NCBI GenBank assembly: GCA_964035575.1
Contig: OZ037835.1
Span: forward strand, 372,001-436,000
Direction: 5' to 3'
DNA: 64,000 nucleotides
Source of the DNA: Rhynchopus sp. YZ270_cl-10
Lineage: Eukaryota
Positions within the stretch are counted from its first letter, which is position 1. Each line of letters opens with the position of its first letter. The notes under the pieces were generated by a model. That model saw only the letters and a program-made list of their open reading frames with translations. It was not told the origin of the DNA and searched no databases. A program made the position numbers and the translations under genes. Below are positions 1 to 10,901 of this stretch, in pieces.

Positions 1-1603
1 ACATACAGTGTACGCAACAAGGCAACACAACGCTCCCATGCGGTCAAACGACAACACAGGAAAGGTGATACCAGTGTCTGCTGCTCTGTCCACACATGAG
101 TGGTCTCAGAGTCATCGCTTTCTGCTTCGCTGTTGCAAACGTCAGTGCTTGCGGGAGGAGTGACCTGTGAGGATGCGCGTCGTGCAGCTTCGAGGTCGCA
201 GTGCGCAGCTGGCGGCGTCACTGTGCGTGTCTAATTCGCTTGCGGGATTCCTCTGGTGCTTCGTCTCTGCTGCGTTTCGGACGTGCTTCAACTTCTAAAT
301 GACCCAGTTTGTTCCTGACTGTGCTCGACACAACATCGCTGCAGCCGGTGAGGTAGATACTCTCCAACGAAGTGCATTGATGAAGAAGAAAGCGACTTTC
401 AATGTGTGTGACACTGCTCAGTGGTGCAAAGTCCAGTACACACAAAGAACTGCATCCATTAAGGAAGAAGCCCTCAATGTGTGTGACACTGCTTAGTGGT
501 GTCAAGTCCAGTTCACACAAAGAACTGCATCCATGAAGGAAGCTGTGTCCAATTTGAAGGAAGTACTGACTAACGTATGTGACACTGCTCAGTCCTGCTA
601 AGTCGAGTTCACACAACGAACTGCATCCAGAAAGGAAGAAGGCCTTAACACGCGTGACACCGCTCAGTGGTGTCAAGTTCAGTGTACACAAAGCACTGCA
701 TCCACGAAGGAAGTTGTACGACATGTGTGTGACACTGCTCAGTCCTGCTAAGTCCAGTTTACATAAAGCATATTAAACTTGAAAAACGTGATCCACCCCC
801 ACAAAAAGAAAAACCAGCAAAAGGGAAGGATGGCACCACGGTGTGCCAGAGAGTGGCTTGATCCCATTTGCTGACTTATACCCAACAAAGAAGCGACACC
901 TAAGTGAACAGGGGCCGTATACCACCGCTGGTGGCCTAGGTTAGTATATAAGCCAGTTCAAGGTCCGCACTCTGGCAGCGTCAAAAGAAATAAACAACAA
1001 TAAAACCACCAGTCATTCCAATGGGAGGAACGAATGACTGGCATCTCCTAATTCTCTAAACTGCGGTGAGTGGAACACCCAACTGATGCAAACCACTGCC
1101 GCAGGTTAGCACCTACAAAAAGCAAAGAAAAGCAAAGAAAAGAAAAGCAAAAGCTGTGCATGGTCGTAAAGTAGGTGCAGGGTCGCTTAAATCCCTGAGG
1201 GCACAGAAAGCCCAGCATACACCTCCTCCAGTTGCTTTGGACCCTCCAGTATCATGTGCCCGGGTTTGCAAAAGTGCAATGCAACCATCCCACGCGTGGC
1301 CTTCGTTCACTCAAAAAAAGAGATTATATCCGGGGACGCCAGGTTTTATAGTCCCTGTTGTACACCACACTGTTTTGTTCTTCCTTTTTCCTTTCAACCT
1401 TTTTTATTCATTTGCTTTTTTGTTGTTTGGGGGACACGCCACACGTGTCGGTTCTGTGGAAAAACAAGACACGGAACCACCTGTGCGCTGCCCCTTTTCA
1501 GGTCTATCCATGAAAACAGTATCACAAGTGATACCGGGAGTCACACAGGATTTTTATTTATTAATTTTTGAAGAAAAGTACCTTAAAAAGACTCAATGTG
1601 TAC

Positions 1604-1926
1604 GCTCATGCCAAGGAAAAACCAAGCCAAGGTTGGTCTGCATCACCCATCAAGAGGGTTCCGCAAGCACAGAATATGTTAAAGTAATACAGGGGGGTTA
1701 GGGAGAAAATAGGTGAAAAAAGAAAAACCAGTATGAGGGGAAAACGAAAAGGCATAAAAAGACTCACAATGTACACTCATGCCAAGGAAAAACCAAACCA
1801 AGGTTGGTCTGCATCGCCCATCAAGAGGGTTCCGCAAGCGTACCATACCCTGTGCTCATGCCAAGGAAAAACCAAACCAAGGTTGGTCTGCATCGCCCAT
1901 CAAGAGGGTTCCGCAAGCACAGAATA
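1604..1926. repeat. Three copies of a ~70-bp repeat (ctcatgccaaggaaaaacc...gggttccgcaagc)
   Basis: Near-identical copies at about 1604-1675, 1776-1839 and 1854-1926. A separate ~90-bp tandem duplication follows at about 1985-2165. Confidence 0.85.
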
Positions 1927-2324
1927 TGCGAGAGCAAAAAGAGGGGGAGAAAATATGTATGTGGGAGAAACGTGGGGGGGGAAGGGGAGAGAGAAAAAAT
2001 GCGATATAAAATGTACCGTGCTAGAGATAATAGATCTAAAGCACTTTTCCAAAGGATAACAAATCCAAGGAAGTGAGGGGAGAGAGAAAAATGCGATATA
2101 AAATGTACCGTGCCAGAGATAATAGATCTAAGGCACTTTTCCAAAGGATAACAAATCCAAGGATGGTTCCTCACCCTCAAGAGGGCGCTAGAAGCGGAAA
2201 AACTGGGTAAAAAACACCCCGTGCTGTAAGATAAAAAGTTTTTTTTTTTTTTTTTTTTGTTGGAGGGTAGGTGGGAAAAAAAGTTTAAACTGCGGAAGAC
2301 GCAAAACAACTCGCGAACGAAAAA

Positions 2325-3975
2325 AGAGTTTTATATCACATGTGAAAATGACTTTTTGCTGGGATCCTTCACAAACGGGGCGTGAAATAAAGTGAGCTTT
2401 TTTTCACGCTTGCTCTTAGTAATTTCGCTGGAGGCGTGAAAAAAAGTTTCACTGGCGTGAAAAAAAGTTTCACTGTTTTCTGTCAGTCACAAAACCACAC
2501 ACTCCACCCTACAAATCATGCCAAGGACCAAGAAGAAGGAGGCTATGGAGGATCTGTATGAGACCGAGCTTCTGGCAGGGTTGAAGTCAAGCACTGCATA
2601 CAAAACGGAGTGGAATAAGTTTTTACAACACAATAAAATCACGGGGCGGAAGCAGCCAAGAGAAGAACATGTGGTCTCTTACTTGACACACCTGCGCGAA
2701 GAACGCAGCTACAAAGCCAGCTCATTATGGTCGTGCTACTCTAAGCTCAACTTTATGTTCAAGACGGAGTTCGACTTTTCACTAAAGGAGTACCACCGCA
2801 TCGGGCTGTTGCTGAAGACCTGGGGAAGTGACGAATCGACGAAGAAGAGCAAGACGTTTTCGAAGGGAGAAGTGGAGATGTTTCTCAAGATGAGCGAGTT
2901 GAGCGACTGCTACTGGTGTGTCCGCAAGGCTTACGTCGCGGTGTGTTTTCTGTCGGGAATGAGATGCACAGAAGCACTGATGCTTGAGATGACAAATTAT
3001 CAGGAATCACCAGTGGGATACCTCTTCACGTACCAGCACTGTGCTAAGGTGAAAAAGGCCGACATGGAGCGTGGGAGGTTTGTGGTACCAAGAGACAGCA
3101 TCTACTTTTGTGTGGTGGAGGAGTACCTGAACCGGCGCTCACCAGTTTCACAGGAGGGTCGCTTCTTCATCACTGGAACTAAGACGACAGCTGACAGAAC
3201 TACTACTGGGACCTTTCGTGTGCAACCTCTTGGCATCAACAAAATGTACGGCATACCTGCAGAAGTCGCGAGGGTGCTTGCGCTGGACGGTTCGTACACT
3301 GGGCACAGCTTCCGCAGGTCTTCTGCGACTCAAGCCGCTGAGGCAGGAGCATCTATTGTACAGATGCAACGCCACTATGGGTGGGTCAGTCAGGCAATGC
3401 CACAAAGGTACACCGAAGTCACACAGGCCGGTCAAGTTGCGATGTCACAGCTGTTGACACAGAACAACAGTCCCCCAACTCAGACGCCACAAGAAGTCAA
3501 GATTAACATCAATGTGCAACAGAACAAACCATGATCATGAGTGCAAAAAAAAAAACCCCCCTTCTGTGATGCTCTATACACCTGCCCCCCCCCTACAGGC
3601 GAGATGAGTGGTGACATCTTGTAATTAGTACCAGTCATAGGAGGCATATATCAAAAAAAGTAACCCCTTCCCTGCTTTTGATTGATGTTCACATGTTCCC
3701 CTACTCTCATTCACACTCTCACTTACAGGTACCCACATTTTGTTCATAAAATCACTCTATTTTACGTCTCGTTTGTGAAGGATCCCAGCAAAAATATCAT
3801 TTTCACTTGTAAAACAAAACTACGTATTAGTTTGAAATAAAGTGCGTTTTTTCACTTCCACGTATTTTGTCTCACTCGTGCTCTATTATTGCCCTCGCCT
3901 GCGGCTCGGGCAATAAACTCTCACTCGTGAGCCAAAATTACGTGGGCGTGAAAAAAAGTGCACTTTATTTCACGC
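2325..3975 (+). mobile_element. Crypton-type tyrosine-recombinase DNA transposon (ends approximate)
   Basis: A single YR ORF with no RT is flanked by an imperfect inverted repeat (core tgaaaatgactttttgctgggatccttcacaaacg within 2341-2396, and its complement within 3752-3806). A ~140-bp imperfect palindrome at 3833-3972 is centred on ttattgccc-tcgcctgcggctc-gggcaataa. Confidence 0.75.
2518..3534 (+). CDS. Tyrosine recombinase (Crypton-like, resembles the CryptonI type), 338 aa
   Basis: Catalytic set visible: SGMRCTE (R), KVKK (K), GHSFRRSSAT (HxxR), HYGW, QRYTE (Y). The motifs YKASSLWSCYSKL, KKSKTF and QPLGIN resemble eukaryotic Crypton YRs (recognised by eye). Confidence 0.9.
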   Translation: MPRTKKKEAMEDLYETELLAGLKSSTAYKTEWNKFLQHNKITGRKQPREEHVVSYLTHLREERSYKASSLWSCYSKLNFMFKTEFDFSLKEYHRIGLLLKTWGSDESTKKSKTFSKGEVEMFLKMSELSDCYWCVRKAYVAVCFLSGMRCTEALMLEMTNYQESPVGYLFTYQHCAKVKKADMERGRFVVPRDSIYFCVVEEYLNRRSPVSQEGRFFITGTKTTADRTTTGTFRVQPLGINKMYGIPAEVARVLALDGSYTGHSFRRSSATQAAEAGASIVQMQRHYGWVSQAMPQRYTEVTQAGQVAMSQLLTQNNSPPTQTPQEVKININVQQNKP

Positions 3976-4399
3976 TAATAATTAGTTATTTTCTGCGAAG
4001 TGTGTGGTAAGGGGGGGAGTATAAAACATTACGAAAAAACCTCCACTAGCATTTCGCAAGCTTCATTACCGTTTTGGTTTTCTCCTCACAGCAAAAATGC
4101 CGGGGGGCTGCCACCTCACGTTTTTGTCCCCTCCAGTTTACATAAAGCACTGCATCCATAAAGGAAGCTGTGTCCAATTTGCATAACGTGGATCAACCCA
4201 GAGAGGTCGACGTTTGTCAACATTGTGCACTGGTGAAGAAACGAGTCCTCAATTAGAGTCACAACAGACACAGCACTCAGATCAAGACTCGTCAGCGATG
4301 CGCCAGAGAGGAACTTTTTAGGAATCATGGTCGCAACCTCCGCCTGCAGAAGCAAACACGCCACCTCAGCATCCCTCACAGTCTTCAGCCTCCTTGCGG

Positions 4400-5001
4400 A
4401 TAAACGTTTTTAAAAATAGGATGGAACACCCCGTTCCGAAGAGGAATGCAGCCACCCCGAAAAAGTGGGGGTGTGTCGCCAGTCTGCGGTGAGAAACTCC
4501 TCCCTGAGTCAAAACTGCCGCTGGTTAGCGCTGGCTAAGGTTCCCTTTTCACCCGGTCACAATCGAGTCTCGCTCCGTCGGCGTTGACTGCACTGCAAAG
4601 CCCCTTGGTCCACCGTCGTAAAAAGACACCACAAAAAGCGTAGGTAGGTGGGGGACCGGCAGGTTACAGACAGAGGCAGTACGGAGCTAAGGTGTCGGCG
4701 GTCGCGGGTTTCCGTGGAGGCCTGCCCCCCGTGGAGGTCTTGGGATCTGGGAGTTGTGGAAGTAATCGGCTCAGAGTACCCTGCATTCCATGCACGACTC
4801 GAGCTCCTTGTGGTAGGATATTGGGGTCCCGGGAAGCACCCTTCGCCCCGAGGTCCCACCACCCCAGACAGTTTGTAGGTCTAAAAGCACAACGTACTTG
4901 TCCAGGACCTGGCCGCTCTTGGGTTCTCTCGAAAAAAAGATACTAATCCCGTACGCCCGTGCACCGCAAAAATGTGCTATGGGGGGCGGTCCGCCGTCGG
5001 G
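4400..5001 (-). mobile_element. 602-bp non-coding insertion, copy A (SINE-like retroposon), 19-20 bp TSD
   Basis: agtcttcagcctccttgcgg occurs at 4380-4399 and 5002-5021. The body is almost identical to 39502-40103. Confidence 0.9.
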
Positions 5002-5608
5002 AGTCTTCAGCCTCCTTGCGGTGATGTCCCTCTCACCCAACGCATGAAGTGCTGCTCTGGCCTCGACCTTCTTCTCCGTCGTCAACTCGATTGTGTCTCC
5101 AGCACTCAGCCGTGTCATGTCGTATCCTTCGTCCATCGCCTCCCCGCCGAAACTCATCACAAAGCCGTCTTCAGGCAACCCCACTGCAGACGCCACCTTC
5201 CGACGCATCACCGCAGGTGTGTCATCCTCACCCAGCTCGACCGTATGCTTCACTCCGTTCAACCCTTTGATGGTCAAATCCATATTGTCCTATAATCAAA
5301 GCCTTTGTCCTGTTGTATTGGTGTGATGAGGTGGAGAAGGTGTGTGGAAAGAAACAACACTGCACATCTGCTCTCTTTTTTATAACATATTCATTTGGGG
5401 TGACGATGGGTGCACGCAGCAAGAAAAACAACACAAACAACAAAGAACGAAGTACGGAAAAGTGATGGGCGACAGCCTGGTCAGATGCCTCCTCGACCAA
5501 ATGGGCGGCGATATTCGAAGGCACACCTGAGCGAGTTGCACAGCTGAGTGAAGCAGCTGTCACAGCGGAGCTGCTCTACGTTCCTTGCCTAGCTTCTCCT
5601 GTCGCTCT

Positions 5609-6949
5609 TTACGAAACACTGCAGCAATGCACGGCTTCTTTCGTCTTGTCTCTGCCACGTGTCGGAGGTGCGTCAACCACATACTCTTTCAGATTGCATT
5701 GACGTACTCGACTGGACACAGCACTGCTGCAGCCGGCAAGGTGGATGCTCCTCAACGAAGTGTCGTGGTTACTCACATATATAGATTGTAGCTCACCCAT
5801 GTGCGTAACATTGCGAAGTGGTGACAGGTCGAGTTCTGTGAGGCTGGTGCAGTGTGCAAGAAAGCTTGTACCAATGTGTGTAACATTGAGAAGTGGACAT
5901 AAGTCCACTTCTGTGAGGCTGCTGCAGTTGGCAAGAAAGCTCGTACTGATGTGTGTAACATTGCGAAGTGGTGATAAGTCCACTTCTGTGAGGCTGGTGC
6001 AGTGGCCAAGAAACCAGTCGTCAATGTGAGTAACATTGCTGAGTGGTGAGACGTCTACTGCTGTGAGGTTTCTGCAGTTGTAAAGAAAGCATGCACCAAG
6101 CCCAGTAACATTGCTGAGTGGTGATAAATCCACTACTGGGAGGCAGCTGCAGTGGGCAAGAAACCAGCCATCAATGTGAGTAACATTGCGAAGTGGTGAT
6201 AAGTCCACTGCTCTGAGGCTGCTGCAGTGGGCAAGAAAGTCGGTACCCATGTGCGTAACATTGCGAAGTGGTGATAAGTCGACTGCTGCGAGGCCGCTGC
6301 AGCCGTAAAGAAAGCTTGTATTAATATGTGTAACATTGCGAAGTGGTGATAAGTCTAGTTCTGTGAGGCTTCTGCAGCTGGCAAGAAAACAGTCATCAAT
6401 GTGAGTAACATTGCGAAGTGGTGATAAGTCCACTGCTGTGAGGCTGATGCAGCTGCTAAGAAAGTTGGTACCCACCCGCGTGAGACGTGTCAACCCAGAC
6501 AGGTCGAGGCTTGTTAACGTTGTGCACCCGAAAAGGAAATTGACAGAAATTTCCGTCACACACGACACAGCACTCAGATCAAGTCTCGTTAACGATGAAC
6601 GCGCCAAGAATCCTTTCGGAATGACAGTCGCAACCTCCGCCTGCAGAAGCAAACACGCAACCTCAGCATCCTCCACAGTCGCCAGCCTCTCTGCTGTGAT
6701 GTCCTCACCCAACGCATGAAGTGCTGCTCTGGCTACGAACTTCTTACTTTTCGTCAGGATGATTGCGTCTCCAGCACTCAGCTGCGTGATGTCGTCTCCT
6801 TCCTCCTTCCCTCCGAAGCCCATGTGGAAGCTGTCCTCAGCCAACCCCACTGCAGACGCCACCTTCTGCCTCATCGTCTCCGTTGTGTCATCCACACCCA
6901 CCTCGATCGCATGCGAGTTGTCTGCGAAGTCCTTGATAACTACTTCCAT
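5609..6949 (-). CDS. UBL-LRR protein copy 2 (446 aa; ~11 LRRs; C-terminal CCSVS)
   Basis: Intact ORF. The N-terminal ~70 aa have a ubiquitin-like pattern (MEVVIKDF..IEVGVDDTTETMRQKVASAVGL..LSAGDAIIL), followed by 24-aa repeats LTxVDLSPLRNVTHIxxxFLxxCxS. Confidence 0.9.
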   Translation of the reverse strand: MEVVIKDFADNSHAIEVGVDDTTETMRQKVASAVGLAEDSFHMGFGGKEEGDDITQLSAGDAIILTKSKKFVARAALHALGEDITAERLATVEDAEVACLLLQAEVATVIPKGFLARSSLTRLDLSAVSCVTEISVNFLFGCTTLTSLDLSGLTRLTRVGTNFLSSCISLTAVDLSPLRNVTHIDDCFLASCRSLTELDLSPLRNVTHINTSFLYGCSGLAAVDLSPLRNVTHMGTDFLAHCSSLRAVDLSPLRNVTHIDGWFLAHCSCLPVVDLSPLSNVTGLGACFLYNCRNLTAVDVSPLSNVTHIDDWFLGHCTSLTEVDLSPLRNVTHISTSFLANCSSLTEVDLCPLLNVTHIGTSFLAHCTSLTELDLSPLRNVTHMGELQSIYVSNHDTSLRSIHLAGCSSAVSSRVRQCNLKEYVVDAPPTRGRDKTKEAVHCCSVS

Positions 6950-7318
6950 TTTGTCTTCTATTCTTTGTGTTGCTCTGTTGTGTGGTGGGGTTGTGGGAGT
7001 TGGGGCTGTGGTGGGTGAACATGGTCAAAGAAAAACAACAACGAGGAGAACAAGGGTGATAGGGGTGCACAAGGTGGAGGTAGTGGGGCCTTTTGATGGA
7101 AAACATGTTGTTGCGTACTTCGAGAAGATCTTCCAGGGAGGTTGTGGGCATGTGTGGATGCTCAGACCCCACAGAACATCAAAACGGTGTGGAACCGATG
7201 AGGCGAGGTCTTGAGATTGACCCACATGCATTCTGCCCTCACCTCCCACTCACCTCTCTCCCTTGGTACCCTTCTTCCCGTCCTGCCCTTTATCCCCTCC
7301 CATCAGCACACCACGTTG

Positions 7319-7450
7319 TCATTGTGCGTGTCTCGGTCGTTTGCGGGCTTGCTCGGGGGATTCGTCTCTGCTGCGTTTCGGGCGTTCTTCAACCACAAGA
7401 TGCTTCAAATGTTTGTCTCTCTTTACTTTGTTGGACACAGCACCGCTGGT
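7319..7450 (-). pseudogene. Orphan 3' fragment of a UBL-LRR gene (NLS-like tail)
   Basis: Translates KHLKHLVVEERPKRSRDESPEQARKRPRHAQ*, homologous to the tail of copy 1. No LRRs upstream. Confidence 0.7.
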
Positions 7451-8252
7451 TCCCATCATAAGCCCACCCCTCCTCCCAACCTTTCCTCCTTTTCCCTTCA
7501 ACCCCATCACTCTGTAATACCCCCTGACGAGGCACCTTCTCCCCCATCGCTCAGTGTATTGTCCACATCGCTGTCCGCCAACACCGCCGCCGCAAAGCGA
7601 AGCGTTTGCCCTGCCGGCAGCACCCCAAGAAGACTTGCCTTATTCCTGCATTTGAACACAACGTACGTCCCCACCGCCTTTCCTACAGACGCTGCCGCCA
7701 GCGCAAGCGATACTTAGAGAAGGGTCGGTTCTCCTGCAGTCTCATCACTGTAAAAGATCAACGTCTGCAGCACACACTGCGGCGCACTCTCGGTCACCAT
7801 CCTCACCGCCCCCTCAGCGCAAGCCTCCGAGAGCAGCCCCTGGCCTGACGCACTGCACACTCGCACAACGTACTCACGGAAGAGCGTAGGTCCGGATGCA
7901 CGCTCTGCTCGAAACTGCTCCGGGTTGTCTGCAGACGGCGCGTGTTCAAAGACTATTTTTTCTTTGATCTCCCGAACCAGATGTGCCCTGGGGGGGATAA
8001 GCTGTGTCAGAATAACCCTCAAAACTTCGCTCTGGGTGTGAGTTCAAAATAGAGGTAAAATATTAACCTAGACACTTCTGTTGGGGAAAAAGGGGGGGTT
8101 TTCGAGAAAATGGGATTGACACAGAATGAGGAGATCGATGCGTGAAAAGTGGAAACCACTTCCTCACCCCAGATCACACATTGTACCCCGAGGGGGGTGA
8201 GTTGCCAAGACGTTGCTGAGGTCAACTGAAACACACCACAGTCTCAGCGAAG

Positions 8253-9652
8253 CTACACACAGCTGGGAGGTCGAATTCGCGAGGCACGAGAGTTTGCTGC
8301 CTCAAGCTCATCAAGCAGCACCTGTGCAACGTCTGTGTGATTTTCCTCCTCCGCATACTGCAACGCAGTGTAGTTCCTTACAGTGTCTCGGTGATTCAGT
8401 TCCACCTCTGGCAAGCCCACAAGATAGCGCACAGTGTCGGTGTGTCCACAACGTGCCGCAAGGATAAGACACGTGCATCCTTCATTGTCTGTGGCACGCA
8501 CTCCCGCACCTGCTTCAACCAACATCTTCACATCGTTAAGTTCTCCTGAAGTGCAAGCAAAGTGCAGAGGCGAACGTCCCTCGTGGTTCTGTGCGTCGAT
8601 GTCTGCACCTGCATCAATCAGCACCTGCACCATGCTTGTGAGATTGTCATCCACAACATAGTACAACGCAGTCTCCGATCGAGTCTCGGAATCAATTCGC
8701 TGATTCACATCAACCTCTGGCAAGCTCAGAAGATAGCGAACAGTCTCGATGTGTTCAGATTCTGCCGCGCACATAAGACACGTGAATCCGTCGTCATCAG
8801 TGGCACTGACTTCCGCACCTGCTCTAACCAACATCTTCACAATGTCAAGTTCTCCATTACAGCATGCAGTGTGCAGAGGTGAAGTTCCCGTGTTGTCCAC
8901 CCCGATGTCTGCACCTGCATCAATCAGCACCTGCACCACTTCTGCATGCTTTTGCACTACCGCTTGGTGTAACGCAGTGTGGTTGTAACAGTTTGTGTGG
9001 TTCATATCCACCTCTGGCAAGCCCACAAGATAGTGCACGTCTCGGCTTCTCCATGTGCTGCCGCATCATAAAGACACGTCCACCCTTCGTTGTCTCCGAC
9101 ACGCACTCCCGCACCTGCTTCAACCAACATCTTCACAACGTCAAGTTCTCCTGAAGCACAAGAAGAGTGCAGAGGCGAACATCCGTCCTCATCTTTTGTC
9201 TGTAAGTCTGCCCCTGCATCAATCAAGACGCGACACACTGCAGGGTCTGACCACATGGCCGGACAGTCATCCTCCTCACCTGCGCTGTGTTTGGACTCGC
9301 GCGGGACAAACGCCACGTTGTTGCAGACGGATTTCCAATGCTGCAAGAGGACCTCCGTGCACGCAACGTGGTCTGCGTGGACACACTCACTCAGCAGCAT
9401 CCCAAAGCCCATCTGCGTTGTCTCGACATACGGAAGAAGCAGTGTGAGGCATTCATCGTGGTTCCCTCTGCATGCCTCGTGCGCAGCATCGAAGGCCACT
9501 TTCTTTCTGTCTGGGTTGAACTTCTCAAGGAACGCCCGCACGGCAGTCGTGTCGCCGTTCCTGGCAGCCTCCACGAAGACCTCGTCTGCAGAAAGCTGTC
9601 TTCTCTTTCGTGGGTTATTGTCCTGCGTGCTGTCTGCGTGTCGCTTCGGCAT
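8253..9652 (-). pseudogene. Ankyrin-repeat protein gene with a single frameshift near 9040
   Basis: Starts MPKRHADS..RKRR at 9652 and has repeated SPLHxAC..G.LDxVKMLVEAGA / TALH motifs. The frame of ORF 9002..9889 must shift into ORF 8253..9038 at GEAET/VHYLVGLPEV. This is a 1-bp loss and could be a sequencing error. Confidence 0.85.
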
Positions 9653-10113
9653 TGTGTGTTTGTGTTGTGTCTTTTGTGTTGGCTTCTTTTTGTGCAGAGG
9701 TTGTGGGTGAGGAAGAACACACATGCAGCACACCCTGTGAGGGAACGGAATGCACGGATACGTCACACACAACCACATGACACCTCCACGAGTCCCCTGT
9801 GCATCACAACCCACCTTCAGGTCAGTGCAATGACTATCTTGGACCCAGGTGGACCCCCACCCATGCAGTTTTACATTCGTGGAGTACATCTGATGTGCGC
9901 TACTCTCGCTTCCTCGCTCATCAGTCGGATGAATGAAAGGAACATTGAAGGTGCAGGGTCATTAAGTCTGCGTGATACAGACTCAGTGAGTCAGGATTCG
10001 ATAGGCAAGAGAGTACACAAGGTATGCAGGATGTGTGCATGAAAATTGCGTCCCTTTCCCCCCCTTCCTTTTAATCTACAAATCCTCTTTTTCTTTCAAA
10101 AAACTCTTCCTTC

Positions 10114-10322
10114 GCTGAAAACCTATTCTCCTGCCCACGTAGCCGACATCAGCGTCGCGACACTTCTCCCCCCCCGCTACCCCATAGAACAGAGGAGTTT
10201 TGAACAAAGCAGAATAACATATTAATATGCTTTGTTCAAAACTCCCCTGTGGTATGGGGTAGCGGGGGGGAAGTGTCGCGACGCTGATGTCGGCTACGTG
10301 GGCAGGAGAATAGGTTTTCAGC
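10114..10322. mobile_element. 209-bp near-perfect palindrome (hairpin MITE-like)
   Basis: The arm gctgaaaacctattctcctgcccacgtagccgacatcagcgtcgcgacactt... and its reverse complement surround a ~16-nt AT-rich loop. Confidence 0.8.
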
Positions 10323-10355
10323 AATTATTGAATAGAACCCCCCTATCGCCCACCC

Positions 10356-10901
10356 TTAATAGTCTAAGTCGTCGAAGGTCGTCTGCTGGACTGTCTCACC
10401 AAACTGACGGCCAGGTGTTGCAGCCAGACGCATACTGAGTAGTACACTAAGGACCTCCTGCAGACGGCCACGACGTTGTGAGAGAGCAGCACGGCGTGAC
10501 TCCGCACGCTGTAGGCGGGCTTCAGAGGCAAGGTGCGGTGCGCGTCCATCAGCTTCGTCGGCAACACTATCAGGGATGTTCTGTTTCAGCTCGACACGGA
10601 TCGCCATTTCGGTCATCTTGCCGCGAAACGCCATTGTAGGATCCACCCGGAGCACCCGGTTCAGCAGCGTCGTGCATTCAGAGGTGAGCTCTGCCACCTC
10701 ACGCTCCAGATCTGCCGTGCCGTCTGGGCCAGCCTCGGCCATGTGGACACGCTCCTCATTGATCAAGGCTGTTTGCATGGAACAGTCGATGTCAGATACT
10801 GACACATCCTCAAGCAATTCGCCCGTCCAGCTGTTGAAACACATCCCATCGCACACAAGCACCGGAACTCCACCGATACACCCAGAGTGGATAGTTGACA
10901 T
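10356..10901 (-). CDS. Hypothetical protein (181 aa, coiled-coil-like)
   Basis: ATG-initiated, GC-rich ORF in AT-rich surroundings, on the same strand as the other genes. No family recognised. Confidence 0.55.
   Translation of the reverse strand: MSTIHSGCIGGVPVLVCDGMCFNSWTGELLEDVSVSDIDCSMQTALINEERVHMAEAGPDGTADLEREVAELTSECTTLLNRVLRVDPTMAFRGKMTEMAIRVELKQNIPDSVADEADGRAPHLASEARLQRAESRRAALSQRRGRLQEVLSVLLSMRLAATPGRQFGETVQQTTFDDLDY

Larger units (their letters stand above)
771..4131 (-). mobile_element. 3.4-kb insertion with 18-bp TSD (probable non-autonomous retroposon) carrying a nested Crypton-like element
   Basis: tccagtttacataaagca occurs at both 753-770 and 4132-4149, inside LRR coding sequence. 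The minus-strand 5' end begins GGGG, like the other long-TSD inserts. Confidence 0.75.
218..5283 (-). pseudogene. UBL-LRR gene copy 1, disrupted by two insertions; C-terminal basic NLS-like tail
   Basis: The UBL-like N-terminus MDLTIKGLNGVKHTVELGEDDT starts at 5283. LRR segments lie at 4132-4399 and 218-770, and the protein ends RPKRSRDEAPEESRKRIRHAQ. Segments rejoin across direct repeats at 753-770/4132-4149 and 4380-4399/5002-5021. Confidence 0.85.

Noticed and set aside
4940..5001. HDV-like ribozyme at the 5' end of the 602-bp element
   Set aside because: Hairpins are present, but I could not build a consistent P1/P2/P3/P1.1 pseudoknot by eye.
4400..5001. Canonical spliceosomal intron explanation for the in-gene inserts
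   Set aside because: No GT at the 5' boundary on the coding strand, and the long TSDs indicate insertion. Non-canonical splicing cannot be excluded without RNA data.
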